A stretch of DNA of 64,000 bases, from the IMG/VR virus record IMGVR_UViG_3300042366_001473. The stretch is one strand, 5' to 3'. Positions 29,101 to 40,193 of this stretch are shown piece by piece. The position numbers and the translations under genes were made by a program. Source of the stretch: an uncultured virus (IMG/VR IMGVR_UViG_3300042366_001473) (Duplodnaviria > Heunggongvirae > Uroviricota > Caudoviricetes). Numbering within the stretch: the first letter of the stretch is position 1; the number at the start of each line of letters is the position of its first letter. The notes beneath the pieces are model-generated. The model did not search any database and was not told the origin of the DNA. It saw only the letters and a list, made by a program, of their open reading frames with translations.

Positions 29101-30568
29101 TGGTTGCGTTGACCGCAGACACAATGTTGCCAGTTAGGCTAATACCAGCGGCATTTAGGTTGCCTGCTGTGATGTTGCCGGTGCTCAAGTTTAGACTTGT
29201 ACCAGTGATAGCAGCACCAGTTATGGCACCTGTAGCACTGATTAAACCACCTGTATTGATGTTGCCACCTACTACGTTGCCTGTGGCCGTAACACTGCCA
29301 GAATTCACAGCACCAGTTGCGCTTACAAGTCCGCTGGTATTGATGTTGCCACCAGTGACGTTGCCTGTTGTGCTAACAACAGAGCCAGATATTGCACCGG
29401 TTGCTACTACTGCACCACCAGTGATCAAGTTGCCACCAGTGACGTTGCCTGATGCACTGAGTGTTGTGGAATTTACTGCACCAGTTACTGTGGCGCCAGT
29501 TGATGACACATTGACAATGGTTATGCCGTTGACGTTGGACAGTATGTTGCCGTTTATGGATGGTATAACAACTGCGCTGTTGCCATTGCTGATGTTGGTG
29601 GTGTCGGTAGATATACCTGTCAGCAAACTACCATTGCCCAAAAGATATGTACCTGTTACGTTGCCTGTGGCCGATAGCCCAGCCACAATCAAACTGTTGT
29701 AGTTGAAACTGGCATCACCTGTGTCCACTGTGGTGCCGGGCTTGACTGTTAAGTTACCAAACAATTTCCATTGATCGTCTGTGATATCTCGAAAAATACC
29801 AGCATATCGTGTGACTCCATCGTCGTATTCAGTAATAATACCCGAATCAAAGCTGTCACCAGGGTTGGCGTTGGCCAAGAAAATAAATGGATCGTTGACT
29901 TCCAGGCTGTCAGTTCCGGTGGTTCGGAATACACCGTTTACAGTAAAATCGCCCACACAGGTAATGTCGCCGCCAACGTTAACGTTGCCAACTATGCCTG
30001 CACCGCCAGCAACTTGTAATGCTCCCGAAGCAACACTGGTACTTTGTGTAGTGTTTGTGACATTGACAATACCACTGGTATAGATGTTGCCAGTCACGCC
30101 TACACCGCCGGATACAGTGAGTGCACCCGTGACATTGCTAGTAGATATAGAATTGCTGCTGAAGTTAACTCGCTCAGTGCCAGCCACAGTAACAGCCATG
30201 TCAGTGGCAGTAGGCCAATACAAACCAGTATTGTTTGCAGCTACAGAATATAGTCCAGGTGCACCAACTGTTCCTGATGGAAATGCAGTGGCCTGTAGTG
30301 TCAATGAGTTAAGAGCACCAGCTCTAAACGTAACTGTGATGTTGTTGGTACCAGTTGCTGGAGCACTAGTAAACAACAGTGTGGTGTTTTGAGCAGAGAA
30401 ATCAACCGTTGGTCTTTGAGGGACGTTGCCTATCAGTACATCCAGATCAGATGCTGATGCTACTGCTCGAGACAGTGTAAACTGAGTGGCCGCACTGTTT
30501 CCGCTGAAGAACTGAGTACTGGTATTCAGTAACTGTGTGTTGGGATCAAGACCAAGATAGCCGCTCAT
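26198..30568 (-). CDS. Long tail fibre/spike with C-terminal intramolecular-chaperone (Peptidase_G2-like) domain
   Basis: SATGNITGGN and TAGTVTTAAQPNITSVGTL repeats; C-terminal YADLAENY...AGVVST.P..LMN...VALTGRVP...KGD...IGKAL. Confidence 0.8.
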   Translation of the reverse strand: MSGYLGLDPNTQLLNTSTQFFSGNSAATQFTLSRAVASASDLDVLIGNVPQRPTVDFSAQNTTLLFTSAPATGTNNITVTFRAGALNSLTLQATAFPSGTVGAPGLYSVAANNTGLYWPTATDMAVTVAGTERVNFSSNSISTSNVTGALTVSGGVGVTGNIYTSGIVNVTNTTQSTSVASGALQVAGGAGIVGNVNVGGDITCVGDFTVNGVFRTTGTDSLEVNDPFIFLANANPGDSFDSGIITEYDDGVTRYAGIFRDITDDQWKLFGNLTVKPGTTVDTGDASFNYNSLIVAGLSATGNVTGTYLLGNGSLLTGISTDTTNISNGNSAVVIPSINGNILSNVNGITIVNVSSTGATVTGAVNSTTLSASGNVTGGNLITGGAVVATGAISGSVVSTTGNVTGGNINTSGLVSATGAVNSGSVTATGNVVGGNINTGGLISATGAITGAAITGTSLNLSTGNITAGNLNAAGISLTGNIVSAVNATSTIVAGSTISAVGNITGGNINTAGLVSATGAVNAGSVAAGTTISAAGNITGGNLITGGLITATGNLVTGANVIATGFGTFTGNITGGNLITGGLISATGAITGADISGTTISGSGNVTGGNVNTAGIVSATGNIVGGNISTPGLITATGSIQATGNTNGGNLNAVSAVAAGTTVSAGGNITGGNILTTGLVSAGGTVSATGTITGGNIATAGTISSTGNIVSAGNVSGGNVLATQAVIGAIVSSTGNVTATGNVSAGNVIATGLSLIGNVLGALATTGNITSGNLITTGLITATSNITGGNINTAGSMSATGTVNGNVLRSTNSAGDEGGEIQLALAAANTTLSGGVNIDVYQNRIRFFETGGTARGVFIDLATAAAGAATPLNPATPTQIVNGSTNFSSILNANLTATVAGTSNVVVIASTGQFVTGLISATGNITGANINGNGSGLSAITGANVTGTVANATFATSAGSATTATSATTAGTVTTAAQPNITSVGTLTALAVTGNTTSSNFVGTLNGSGANVTSISATNISSGTLEQARLANAAVTLGGTALTLGATVTTVVGLTSVTSTTFVGALTGAATSATTAGTVTTAAQPNITSVGTLSGLTVTATITGNITGSAGTATSATTAGTVTTAAQPNITSVGTLSGLTVTATITGNISGSAATATSATSATTAGTVTTAAQPNITSVGTLTALAVTGNTTSGNFVGTLNGSGANVTSISATNISSGTLAQARLANASITVNGTAIALGASGTITATATGTLTIGTGLGGTSYNGSTGVTITNTGVTALTGGGGITVNASTGSITLGSTATSANTAGAIVARGASGEFSAGVITATATSARYADLAENYSADAVYEPGTVLIFGGTAEVTVANAAGDTRIAGVVSTDPAHLMNSTIDCEHPVAVALTGRVPTRVTGTVRKGDMMVAAGNGQAQACATPALGSVIGKALADFDGTSGVIEVVVGRL

Positions 30569-30900
30569 TATGTGATTTCCATAATGCTCATCACAACATC
30601 AACACTGGATGCTGCACTGCTTTGAACGTAGATGCTGTCTCCTGTTTCTAACACAACCTTTTGATCGCCGCCAACCACAACCAAACTGGAACCTGAACTG
30701 ATTGGCGCTGTGGAAACAATGCTTGTGTTGGCCGCACCGTTGTAGAGAAAAACATTGGCCGAAATTGCACTGCCCGAAGTGTTGGTCACAGTAAGTCCAA
30801 TTACCACTGTGGTAACATTTGCGCCTACTGTGTAAGTTCCTACCTGAATAGCAGAATTACCTATTCCTCTACTTAGTTTACGTTTGAATGTGTTTGCCAT
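30568..30900 (-). CDS. Small fibre-associated protein
   Basis: MANTFK...VVIGLTVTN...GDQKVVLETGDSI...DVVMSIMEIT; between fibre genes with coupled stop/start. Confidence 0.7.
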   Translation of the reverse strand: MANTFKRKLSRGIGNSAIQVGTYTVGANVTTVVIGLTVTNTSGSAISANVFLYNGAANTSIVSTAPISSGSSLVVVGGDQKVVLETGDSIYVQSSAASSVDVVMSIMEIT

Positions 30901-30903
30901 GTT

Positions 30904-33900
30904 TTATCCTAATGCAATTGCCAGTGCTACTGCGTCACTTACTGTGGCCGCCTGCTGTCCAGCAATATTTATGGTTCCTGAAACTGACGCATTGCCTGCT
31001 GTTATGTTGCCAGTTGTGTTGATTGCCGATGTTGTATTGAGTGTGCTGACAACATTGCCGCTTAAACTCAATCCTGTGGCGTTTAAGTTGCCACCTGTGA
31101 TGTTGCCTGTGGCAGTGATTACACCACCTGTGGCTATGTTGGCACCAGTGACGTTGCCTCCAGCACTCAAAATTCCGCTGGTGTAGAACGCACCAGCATA
31201 CACATTGCCGCCGATGCCTGCGCCGCCTGCTACTTTGAATGCTCCGCTGGTTGTGCTGTTTGAAATTTCAGTACTCTTGACATTGGCCAGTGTCACAATT
31301 TCCAGTGTCACAATATTGCCAAGGCCTGTTATGCTGAGATTGGCACCATTGATGTTGCCCACTGCACTGAGCACGCCCAAAGAGTTTACATTGCCACCTA
31401 TGACGTTGCCAATTGCGCTGACAAATGTGTTTGCAGTAGCACTTTGTACGTTGATGTTGCCTGTGACTGCAATATTGCCAACATCAAGTTGTCCAATTAC
31501 AGCACCTGTGGTAATGACGTTGCCGCCTGTGATGTTGCCAACAGCACTGATACCTGCGCCAGTGTTGATATTGCCTGTGGCAGTTACAAGTCCACCTGTG
31601 GCAATGTTGCCGCCTGTGATGTTGCCAACAGCAGTTATTGTGCCTGTTGCACTGACTCTACCACCCGTATTGATGTTGCCACCAACCACATTGCCAATTG
31701 CACTCACAGTGCTGCCAGATTCAACGGCAGCACCACTCACTGTGCCTGTGTTGGTAATGATGTTGCCTGCAACGCTGACACGACCTGATACGTTGACGTC
31801 GCCGCCATTGTTGGTGGCAAATGTTCCGCCAACGCTGAGTGCATTGGTTATACTGTCGTATACCAAACCAGAGTCACTGCCTATAATGCCATTGTTGTTG
31901 AACAACACTTGAGTGTTGCTGCCAGGCAGACTAATGTTACCCTGTAAGTTTCCAATGAATGTGGTAGCAATAACATTGCCGCCTGTGATATTACCAGCCG
32001 CAGTGATCAATCCTGCAGTACTAAAATTGCCTGCTACTACGTTGCCTACAGCACTGATCAATCCTGCTGTGTTTATGTTGCTGCCAGTGACGTTGCCAGT
32101 GGCAGTGATTAGCCCAGCAGTTGTAATGTTGCTGCCCGTGACGTTGCCGCCAGCTGTGACAGCACCTGTGCTGCTGACAGAACCTGCGGACACAATATTG
32201 CCACCTTGTATATTGCCAGTCACAGTGGCCAAGCCTGCAGTAGTAATGTTTCCGCCAGTAACGTTGCCAACAGCAGTAACTGTGCCTGCGCTGCTGACAG
32301 AACCTGCGGACACAATATTGCCACCACGTATGTTGCCTGTGGCACTGACTAGTCCTGCAGTGTTGATGTTGCCACCAGTGACGTTGCCATTTACGCTGGC
32401 AAAACCAGTGTTTACCACAATGTTACCAGCACTGACAGTTAGGTTAGTGCCAACTGTGGTTGCAGCGGTACTTTCAATGTTGGTGCCAGTGATGTTGCCA
32501 CTTACTCTCAACGGAGTAATAACGTTGCCACTCAAACTTATGTTGGTGGTGTTGACGTTTGCACCAGAAATGTTGGCAGTTACGTTTAAAGAGCCAACTA
32601 TAGATCCTGACAATTGCAAGTTGCTGGTAATCACTGTGTCGTTGGTCACTATGTTGCCAGTTGCAGTCATGATGCCAGCTGTGGTGATATTTGCACCAGT
32701 GATGTTGCCACTTGAGCTCAATGATATCAACGTACCAACTGATGTAATGTTGGGTTGTGCGTTAGCAGTTATAGTACCTGCTGTAGTAGCATTGTTTGCT
32801 GAAGTAGCAAATGTAGCATTGGCCACAGTACCTGTGACATTGGCACCGGTGATGCTGCTGAGTCCTGATCCATTGCCGTTGATGTTTGCACCAGTGATGT
32901 TGCCTGACGCACTCAATGATGTCAATGTACCAACTGATGTAATGTTGGGTTGTGCGGCTGTGGTAACTGTACCAGCTGTGGTTGCACTAGTAGCACTACC
33001 TGCTGATGTAGCAAAAGTGGCGTTGGCTACAGTGCCTGTGACATTAGCACCAGTTATTGATGTCAGGCCTGATCCATTGCCATTGATATTTGCACCATCA
33101 ATATTGCCTGAAGCACTCAATGATGTTAGTGTACCAACACTTGTGATATTGGGCTGTGCTGCTGTGGTCACAGTACCTGCTGTGGTTGCACTAGTAGCAG
33201 ATCCAGCTGAAGTAGCAAAAGTAGCATTGGCCACAGTACCTGTGACGTTTGCACCAGTTAATGAGCTAAGACCTGATCCGTTGCCATTGATGTTTGCACC
33301 AGTAATATTTCCAGTTGCTGAGATTACCCCGCCAGTGATAATATTACCGCCAGTGACATTTCCACTTGAACTCAATGATGTCAATGTGCCCACACTAGTA
33401 ATGTTAGGCTGTGCATTTGTGGTCACAGTACCTGCTGTGGTTGCACTAGTAGCAGATCCAGCTGAAGTAGCAAAAGTAGCATTGGCCACAGTACCTGTGA
33501 CATTGGCGCCAGTTATTGATGTTAATCCAGATCCGTTGCCGTTGATATTAGCCCCATCAATGTTGCCTGACGCACTCAATGATGTTAATGTGCCAACTGA
33601 GGTAATGTTGGGTTGTGCTGCGGTGGTCACTGTGCCAGCAGTTGTGGCTGTTGTTGCTGATCCCACTGTACCCGTGACATTGGCTCCAGTGATGCTGCTG
33701 AGTCCAGATCCGTTGCCATTGATGTTGGCGCCAGTGATATTGCCACTTGCGCTCAATGTTTGTGCAACAACATTACCAACCACAAATGTTCCGTAGCTGT
33801 TGACTGTTACAATCTCGTTGGCAATGCTGACATTGCTGGCTGCAATCAAATTACCTGAAGCATTTTGATATCCAATAAAAGCAGAATTTTCTGCGGTACT

Positions 33901-36900
33901 GTAGTACCAAAGTTGTTCGCCACGATCTTTGCCGTCGTTGACTGTGAGAGGAGCGTTGTTTGCACCTCTTCCTAGCCCAATAATTGGATCCTGAACATTG
34001 AGACTTTCAATGTTGACTGAAATAGTGTTGCCGTTGACCACTAGGTCTCCGCCGATCACAGCGTTGCCAGTTGTTTCTAATGTAGTTGCAGTAACTTGTC
34101 CAGCAGTGTTGATGTTGCCACCAACAACGTTGCCACTGACACTGAGTGCAGTCAAAGTACCAACGCTAGTCAAACTGCTGAACAACACATTGGAACTCAG
34201 TGTGTTGCCAGTTAAGGCAGCAGCATTTACACCAGATGCTGTTACACCAGTTAGTTGACTGCCATCACCAAAATAATATGCTGCTGTGATGTTGCCAGTG
34301 GTGTTGACATTGGCTGTTGAATTTAGAGGTCCAATCACATTTCCACTCAAACTCAAATTGCCGCCTGTTACGTTGCCACTGACACTGAGTGAGCTCAATG
34401 TGCCAACAGATGTTATGTTGGGCTGTGCAGCAGTAGTCAGTGTACCAGTAAACAGGTTGGCAGTTATGACGTTGGCACCAGAGATATTTCCACCAGTACC
34501 ACCTCCACTTACAATGTTGCCAGTTACATTGAGTATGCTCAATGTGCCAACTGATGTAATGTTGGGCTGTGCATTTGTGGTCACTGTGCCTGCTGTGGTA
34601 GCTGCGGCCACTGTGCCTGTGACATTGGCGCCAGTGATTGATGTTAATCCAGAACCATTGCCATTGATGTTTGCACCAGTGATGTTGCCACTTGAACTCA
34701 AACTTGTCAATGTGCCAACACTTGTGATATTGGGCTGCGCCGCTGTAGTCACAGTACCTGCTGTAGTTGCAGATACAGCCGAAGTGGCATTGGCCACGGT
34801 GCCTGTGACGTTGGCGCCAGTTATGCTGCTGAGTCCAGATCCATTGCCATTGATATTGGCACCAGTGATGTTGCCACTTGAGCTCAATGATGTCAATGTG
34901 CCAACACTTGTGATATTGGGCTGTGCGGCTGTGGTTAATGTACCAGTTAGATTTCCTGCTGCCAAAGTGCCAACAACAATTGCGCCTCCTGAGTGGAATG
35001 TGCCAACTGTGGTTCCTGCTACACCAATTGTGGTGTTGCCGTTCAATGCAACCGCAACGTTGGATGTTCCGTTGACGATACTAGTTGGCGTTCCGCCAGC
35101 TGATATACCAGTTAGTAAACTACCATTACCAATAAAGAAGTTGGCAGCGATATTGCCTGCTGATGTAATATTACCTGAAGCAGTTATCAATCCAGTTGTA
35201 GTGACATTGCCACCAACCACATTGCCAGTGGCACTTAAAGTAACTGAAGAAATAACATTAGCACCAGTGATGTTGCCCAGTGATCCGCTGGTTGAAATAT
35301 TGCCAGCAGTGACGTTGGCGGTGGTTGTAATGTTGGCAGTGGTATTGATTGCACTGATCACGTTGCCACTCAAACTCAATCCTGTGGCATTCAAATTGCC
35401 ACCAGTGATGTTGCCAACAGCACTAAATGCACCCGAAGCTGTAACTATACCTGTGCCGTTTGGTGCCAATGCAATATTGCCGTCGCTACCTGTACTAATT
35501 GTTAGAGCACCAGTGTCTACAATATTACCAGTGACATTGATGTTTCCGCCGTTGATGTTGCCTGTAGCACTAACAATTCCGCTGGCGTTGATATTAGCGC
35601 CACTGATGTTGGCAGTTGACAATATTGGATTAGAACCAAGTGCAGCCAAATTAGCAACAACGTTGGCGTTGCCATATGTTGCTGCTAGACCAGTTAACAA
35701 ACTACCATTACCAATGAAGAACCCACCTGCAATGTTGGCAGTGGTTGTAATGTTGGCAACAGTGTTGATGGCACTCACAACGTTGCCGCTCAAACTCAAT
35801 CCTGTGGCATTTAGGTTACCACCAGTGATGTTGCCTGTAGCACTCAATGATGTCAATGTACCAACTGATGTAATGTTGGGTTGTGCGGCTGTGGTAACTG
35901 TACCAGCTGTGGTTGCACTAGTAGCAGATCCAGCTGAAGTAGCAAAAGTAGCATTGGCCACTGTACCTGTGACATTGGCCCCAGTTATTGATGTCAATCC
36001 AGAACCATTGCCATTGATATTAGCACCTGTGATGTTGCCACTTGAACTCAATGATGTCAATGTGCCAACACTTGTGATATTGGGTTGTGCGGCTGTGGTC
36101 ACAGTACCAGCAGTAACAGCCGAAGTAGCATTGGCCACTGTACCTGTGACATTGGCAGCAACAATATTGGTCAATCCTGAACCATTGCCAACAAATCTGC
36201 CTGTTTGTGCAATCACATCCACTGTGGCAATGATGTTGCCCCCAGTGACGTTGGCAGTAGTGGTCACTACTCCTGTTAAGTTAGGAAGGCTGCCAGTATA
36301 AGTTGGCAAGTATGCAGCAACTTCTGTGTTGCCATAAGATCCAGCAATTCCTGTTAGCAAACTACCATTACCAATAAAGTAATTGCCAGTTACGTTGCCT
36401 GTAGCACTAACTTGTCCTGCAGTGACCACGTTGCCACCTATGACGTTGCCAGTAACAGTGGTCAGGCCGCTGATCACTGCATTGTTGGCCACAACGTTGC
36501 CTTGTGCAGACAGCACACCCAGCACTGCCAGCACATTTGAATCTTTGTTGTAAGTCAACCCAGCTACTGCATCAGCGTTGCCATTGGTGTTGAACAAAAC
36601 CTGTGTGTTGGCTCCGGGCACCACAATGTTTGCTGTGATATTGCCGGCAAAATTACCTACAAAGAATCCTGAAGTCACAATGTTGCCAGAAGCACTGACA
36701 ATACCTTGTGTGGTGATATTTCCACCAGCAACATTGCCAGTAGCTGATACCAACCCTGCAGTGTTGACGTTGCCACCAGTGACGTTGCCAGTAGCAGTAA
36801 TCAATCCACCTGTAGACACGTTGCCACCTGTGACGTTGCCACCTGCAGATATCAAGCCAGCAGTGTTGACGTTCCCACCAACTACGTTGCCAGTGGCGCT

Positions 36901-39900
36901 TACGCTGCCTGAATTTACTGCACCAGTGGCTGATATCAAACCAGCTGTGTTGACATTGCCGCCAGTGATGTTGCCTGTGGCTGACAACACAGTGCCAGTC
37001 ACAGACTGAGTTACGTTGACATTGTTAGCAACAACGTTTGCTGTAGAAGTAATAGCACCTGTTGCGGTGATCAATCCACCAGTGATCAAATTACCGCCAG
37101 CTACATTGCCAGTTGCACCAATCAATCCTGTGACACTTAGATTGCCGCCTGTGATATTACCTGTGGCTGAGATCAATCCACCAGTTAATACATTACCACC
37201 TGTAACGTTGCCAGCCACGCTCAAGGGAACGTTTTGTACCTGTACAAGCACGTTGCTTACGACGAGATTGTTGTTTCCGCCAGCACCAATATTGACAGCG
37301 TTGCCAGGATTTGGTGCAGAGATATTTGTAACTGTTAGGTTTGTACTAGTAACATTGAGTATATCTCCTGTTGTTCCCTGGATGTTGCCAAAAATATTGT
37401 TGCCGGTGATGTTGCCAGTTGCACTGATCAATCCTGTGGCATTTAGGTTACCACCGCTGATGTTGCCAGAACCTCCTATTGTGCCAGCGCCAAATGCCAC
37501 ATTACCATTGAAATTTGCGCCATTGATATTGCCGCCGGTTATAGTGCCTGATCCAACAGTTAAGTTACCAGCAGTGACATTGCCCGACGCACTCAAGTCG
37601 ATCAGTATGCCTACACTGGTAATGTTGGGCTGTGCATTTGCGGCTACTGTACCAGCTGATGTGGCAAATGTGGCATTGGCCACTGTGCCTGTGACGTTGG
37701 CACCTGTGATTGATGTTAATCCAGCGCCGTTGCCAAAGAATGTTGAGTTAACATTGCCGCCATTGATATTACCTGTTACGCTCAATGATGTCAGAGTACC
37801 AACAGATGTTATGTTGGGCTGTGCCGCAGTAGACAAAGTACCAGTAAACAAGTTGGCAGTTACAACATTGGCACCAGAGATATTTCCGCCTACCCCAGCT
37901 CCACTTACAATGTTGCCACTGACACTGAGTGCAGTCAACGTTCCAACACTTGTGATATTGGGCTGTGCATTTGTGGTCACAGTACCTGCTGTGGTAGCTG
38001 ATCCAGCTGATGTAGCGAATGTGGCGTTGGCCACTGTACCTGTGATGTTGGCACCTGGAATACTTGTTAGGCCTGCACCTGATCCAAAATATGTTGAAGC
38101 AGTAATGTTGCCTGATGCACTCATGCGACCAAGATTTACATTGCCTGTGCCATTGGGTGTCAACACAATGTTGGCATTGGCAGCAGAAGTTTGTAGATCC
38201 AGCTGGGCTGAATCAATGATAGCACCGCTCAACAACAAATTGCCACCAGTGATGTTGCCAGTGCCCACACTCAGTGCAGTCAATGTACCAACTGATGTTA
38301 TGTTGGGTTGTGCATTTGTTGTGACTGTTCCAGCAGTGGTAGCCGATGTAGCTGATCCAGCTGATGTAGCGAATGTGGCGTTGGCCACTGTACCTGTGAC
38401 ATTGGCGCCAGTTATTGATGTTAATCCAGATCCGTTGCCAATTATGTTGCCACCTGAGATATTGCCAGATGTAATGATATTTGATGTTACTGTGCCACTG
38501 GCCAAGTAGTCAGCAACATTGGCATTGGCATAGCTGGTTCCAGCTGTAATGCCTGTTAAAAATGCACCATTGCCTAAAATATATTGTCCACTGATGTTGG
38601 CCGTGGTCGTAACATTGCCTTGCAAACTTGCTAGATTACCAGTGTAAGTTGGAAGATATTCAGCAACGTTGGAGTTACCGTACGCTTTAATAGTGCCGCC
38701 ACCTTCAATAATAGCAGTGCCGCCTAGTGGTGTGGTCAGCGTAAATGCTGTTGTGTTGGCTGAGATAGTGGAATCGTTGAGATAAATGGTGTTACCACTT
38801 AGGTACAAGTCGTTCCATGCTCGAGTTGGCGAACCAAGGTTGTAAGTGACATTGGCTACAGGCGTCAAGTTACCGGCAAATTCAACACCTGTGGGCGTGA
38901 ACACTGCCACGTTACTGACGCCATTTACTGTGGCGACCAAATTACCGTTGGCCCCAGCTACACTCAACACTGTGGTACCATTGGCGATTTGGCTTACAGC
39001 AACATTGGAGCTCACTGTGACGTTGGTTAAAAATCCGCCGTCGCCAAGAATGAATGCGCCTTGTACATTGCCTGTGGTACTGATCAATCCGGTGGCGGTT
39101 ATGTTGTTTGCGCCAATATTGCCAGAATATGTGGGCAAATATGCAGCCACATTGGCATTGCCGTAGGTAGCAGGCAATCCGGTTAACAAGGCACCATTGC
39201 CTAGAATGTAGTTGCCTGTGACGTTGCCAGCAGCACTAATCTGGCCTGCTGTGATCAAGTTTGCACCTGACACATTGCCATTGCTGGTTAAATTACCAGG
39301 ATTTAAGTTGCCTGTATATGTAGGAAGGTATGCAGCAACGTTGGCATTGCCGTAGGTGGTTGTTATGCCAGTTAGCAAACTACCATTACCCAAGATAAAA
39401 TTACCTGTGACATTGCCCGTGGCACTGACTTGTCCTGCAGTGATCAAGTTTGCACCTGACACATTACCATTGCTGGTTAAATTACCTGGATTTAAGTTGC
39501 CTGTATATGTAGGAAGATATGCAGCCACATTGGCATTGCCATAACTTGTAGCAATTCCAGTTAATAAACTACCATTACCAATAAAGAATTGACCAGTGAC
39601 GTTGCCAGCAGCACTGACTTGTCCTGTAGTGATCAAGTTTGCACCCGATACCACACCTGAACTTACCAGATTGCCAGGATTTAAGTTACCTGTATATGTG
39701 GGCAAATATGCAGCCACATTGGCATTGCCGTAGGTGGTTGTTATGCCAGTTAGCAAACTACCATTGCCCAAGATAAAATTACCCGACACATTGCCGGTGG
39801 CACTGACTCGTCCAGCAGTGACTACGTTACCACCTGTGACATTTCCGCCTGCACTGACCTGTCCAGCTGTGACTACGTTGCCACCTGTGACATTTCCGCC

Positions 39901-40137
39901 TGCACTGACTTGTCCAGCTGTGACTACATTACCACCTGTGACGTTGCCTGTGGCTGACACAGACGTTGCTGTTAATGCAGTAAATCCACCTGTGCTGGGA
40001 GTGACATTGCCCACTGGTATGTTGTTGATAGCACCAAGAGTTTTTAGTGCCCAACCTGATCCATTCCATATCCAGGTTTTGCCTGCAAATGTGTAGGACT
40101 GGTTCAGTACAGGGTTAAGTGGAAAGTTCAATGGCAT
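30904..40137 (-). CDS. Giant (3077 aa) repetitive fibre protein with chlorovirus-glycoprotein-like repeats
   Basis: Repeats SATGNVTGNYFIGNGSLLTGI, YGNANVAAYLPTYTGNL, AQPNITSVGTL; AATAAATA motif at 40158-40165. Confidence 0.8.
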   Translation of the reverse strand: MPLNFPLNPVLNQSYTFAGKTWIWNGSGWALKTLGAINNIPVGNVTPSTGGFTALTATSVSATGNVTGGNVVTAGQVSAGGNVTGGNVVTAGQVSAGGNVTGGNVVTAGRVSATGNVSGNFILGNGSLLTGITTTYGNANVAAYLPTYTGNLNPGNLVSSGVVSGANLITTGQVSAAGNVTGQFFIGNGSLLTGIATSYGNANVAAYLPTYTGNLNPGNLTSNGNVSGANLITAGQVSATGNVTGNFILGNGSLLTGITTTYGNANVAAYLPTYTGNLNPGNLTSNGNVSGANLITAGQISAAGNVTGNYILGNGALLTGLPATYGNANVAAYLPTYSGNIGANNITATGLISTTGNVQGAFILGDGGFLTNVTVSSNVAVSQIANGTTVLSVAGANGNLVATVNGVSNVAVFTPTGVEFAGNLTPVANVTYNLGSPTRAWNDLYLSGNTIYLNDSTISANTTAFTLTTPLGGTAIIEGGGTIKAYGNSNVAEYLPTYTGNLASLQGNVTTTANISGQYILGNGAFLTGITAGTSYANANVADYLASGTVTSNIITSGNISGGNIIGNGSGLTSITGANVTGTVANATFATSAGSATSATTAGTVTTNAQPNITSVGTLTALSVGTGNITGGNLLLSGAIIDSAQLDLQTSAANANIVLTPNGTGNVNLGRMSASGNITASTYFGSGAGLTSIPGANITGTVANATFATSAGSATTAGTVTTNAQPNITSVGTLTALSVSGNIVSGAGVGGNISGANVVTANLFTGTLSTAAQPNITSVGTLTSLSVTGNINGGNVNSTFFGNGAGLTSITGANVTGTVANATFATSAGTVAANAQPNITSVGILIDLSASGNVTAGNLTVGSGTITGGNINGANFNGNVAFGAGTIGGSGNISGGNLNATGLISATGNITGNNIFGNIQGTTGDILNVTSTNLTVTNISAPNPGNAVNIGAGGNNNLVVSNVLVQVQNVPLSVAGNVTGGNVLTGGLISATGNITGGNLSVTGLIGATGNVAGGNLITGGLITATGAITSTANVVANNVNVTQSVTGTVLSATGNITGGNVNTAGLISATGAVNSGSVSATGNVVGGNVNTAGLISAGGNVTGGNVSTGGLITATGNVTGGNVNTAGLVSATGNVAGGNITTQGIVSASGNIVTSGFFVGNFAGNITANIVVPGANTQVLFNTNGNADAVAGLTYNKDSNVLAVLGVLSAQGNVVANNAVISGLTTVTGNVIGGNVVTAGQVSATGNVTGNYFIGNGSLLTGIAGSYGNTEVAAYLPTYTGSLPNLTGVVTTTANVTGGNIIATVDVIAQTGRFVGNGSGLTNIVAANVTGTVANATSAVTAGTVTTAAQPNITSVGTLTSLSSSGNITGANINGNGSGLTSITGANVTGTVANATFATSAGSATSATTAGTVTTAAQPNITSVGTLTSLSATGNITGGNLNATGLSLSGNVVSAINTVANITTTANIAGGFFIGNGSLLTGLAATYGNANVVANLAALGSNPILSTANISGANINASGIVSATGNINGGNINVTGNIVDTGALTISTGSDGNIALAPNGTGIVTASGAFSAVGNITGGNLNATGLSLSGNVISAINTTANITTTANVTAGNISTSGSLGNITGANVISSVTLSATGNVVGGNVTTTGLITASGNITSAGNIAANFFIGNGSLLTGISAGGTPTSIVNGTSNVAVALNGNTTIGVAGTTVGTFHSGGAIVVGTLAAGNLTGTLTTAAQPNITSVGTLTSLSSSGNITGANINGNGSGLSSITGANVTGTVANATSAVSATTAGTVTTAAQPNITSVGTLTSLSSSGNITGANINGNGSGLTSITGANVTGTVAAATTAGTVTTNAQPNITSVGTLSILNVTGNIVSGGGTGGNISGANVITANLFTGTLTTAAQPNITSVGTLSSLSVSGNVTGGNLSLSGNVIGPLNSTANVNTTGNITAAYYFGDGSQLTGVTASGVNAAALTGNTLSSNVLFSSLTSVGTLTALSVSGNVVGGNINTAGQVTATTLETTGNAVIGGDLVVNGNTISVNIESLNVQDPIIGLGRGANNAPLTVNDGKDRGEQLWYYSTAENSAFIGYQNASGNLIAASNVSIANEIVTVNSYGTFVVGNVVAQTLSASGNITGANINGNGSGLSSITGANVTGTVGSATTATTAGTVTTAAQPNITSVGTLTSLSASGNIDGANINGNGSGLTSITGANVTGTVANATFATSAGSATSATTAGTVTTNAQPNITSVGTLTSLSSSGNVTGGNIITGGVISATGNITGANINGNGSGLSSLTGANVTGTVANATFATSAGSATSATTAGTVTTAAQPNITSVGTLTSLSASGNIDGANINGNGSGLTSITGANVTGTVANATFATSAGSATSATTAGTVTTAAQPNITSVGTLTSLSASGNITGANINGNGSGLSSITGANVTGTVANATFATSANNATTAGTITANAQPNITSVGTLISLSSSGNITGANITTAGIMTATGNIVTNDTVITSNLQLSGSIVGSLNVTANISGANVNTTNISLSGNVITPLRVSGNITGTNIESTAATTVGTNLTVSAGNIVVNTGFASVNGNVTGGNINTAGLVSATGNIRGGNIVSAGSVSSAGTVTAVGNVTGGNITTAGLATVTGNIQGGNIVSAGSVSSTGAVTAGGNVTGSNITTAGLITATGNVTGSNINTAGLISAVGNVVAGNFSTAGLITAAGNITGGNVIATTFIGNLQGNISLPGSNTQVLFNNNGIIGSDSGLVYDSITNALSVGGTFATNNGGDVNVSGRVSVAGNIITNTGTVSGAAVESGSTVSAIGNVVGGNINTGGRVSATGTITAVGNITGGNIATGGLVTATGNINTGAGISAVGNITGGNVITTGAVIGQLDVGNIAVTGNINVQSATANTFVSAIGNVIGGNVNSLGVLSAVGNINGANLSITGLGNIVTLEIVTLANVKSTEISNSTTSGAFKVAGGAGIGGNVYAGAFYTSGILSAGGNVTGANIATGGVITATGNITGGNLNATGLSLSGNVVSTLNTTSAINTTGNITAGNASVSGTINIAGQQAATVSDAVALAIALG

Positions 40138-40193
40138 ATGGTTAAATCCGTTTTACATATTTATTTTTTTTCAAAGCTTTGGTTTTGACTCCA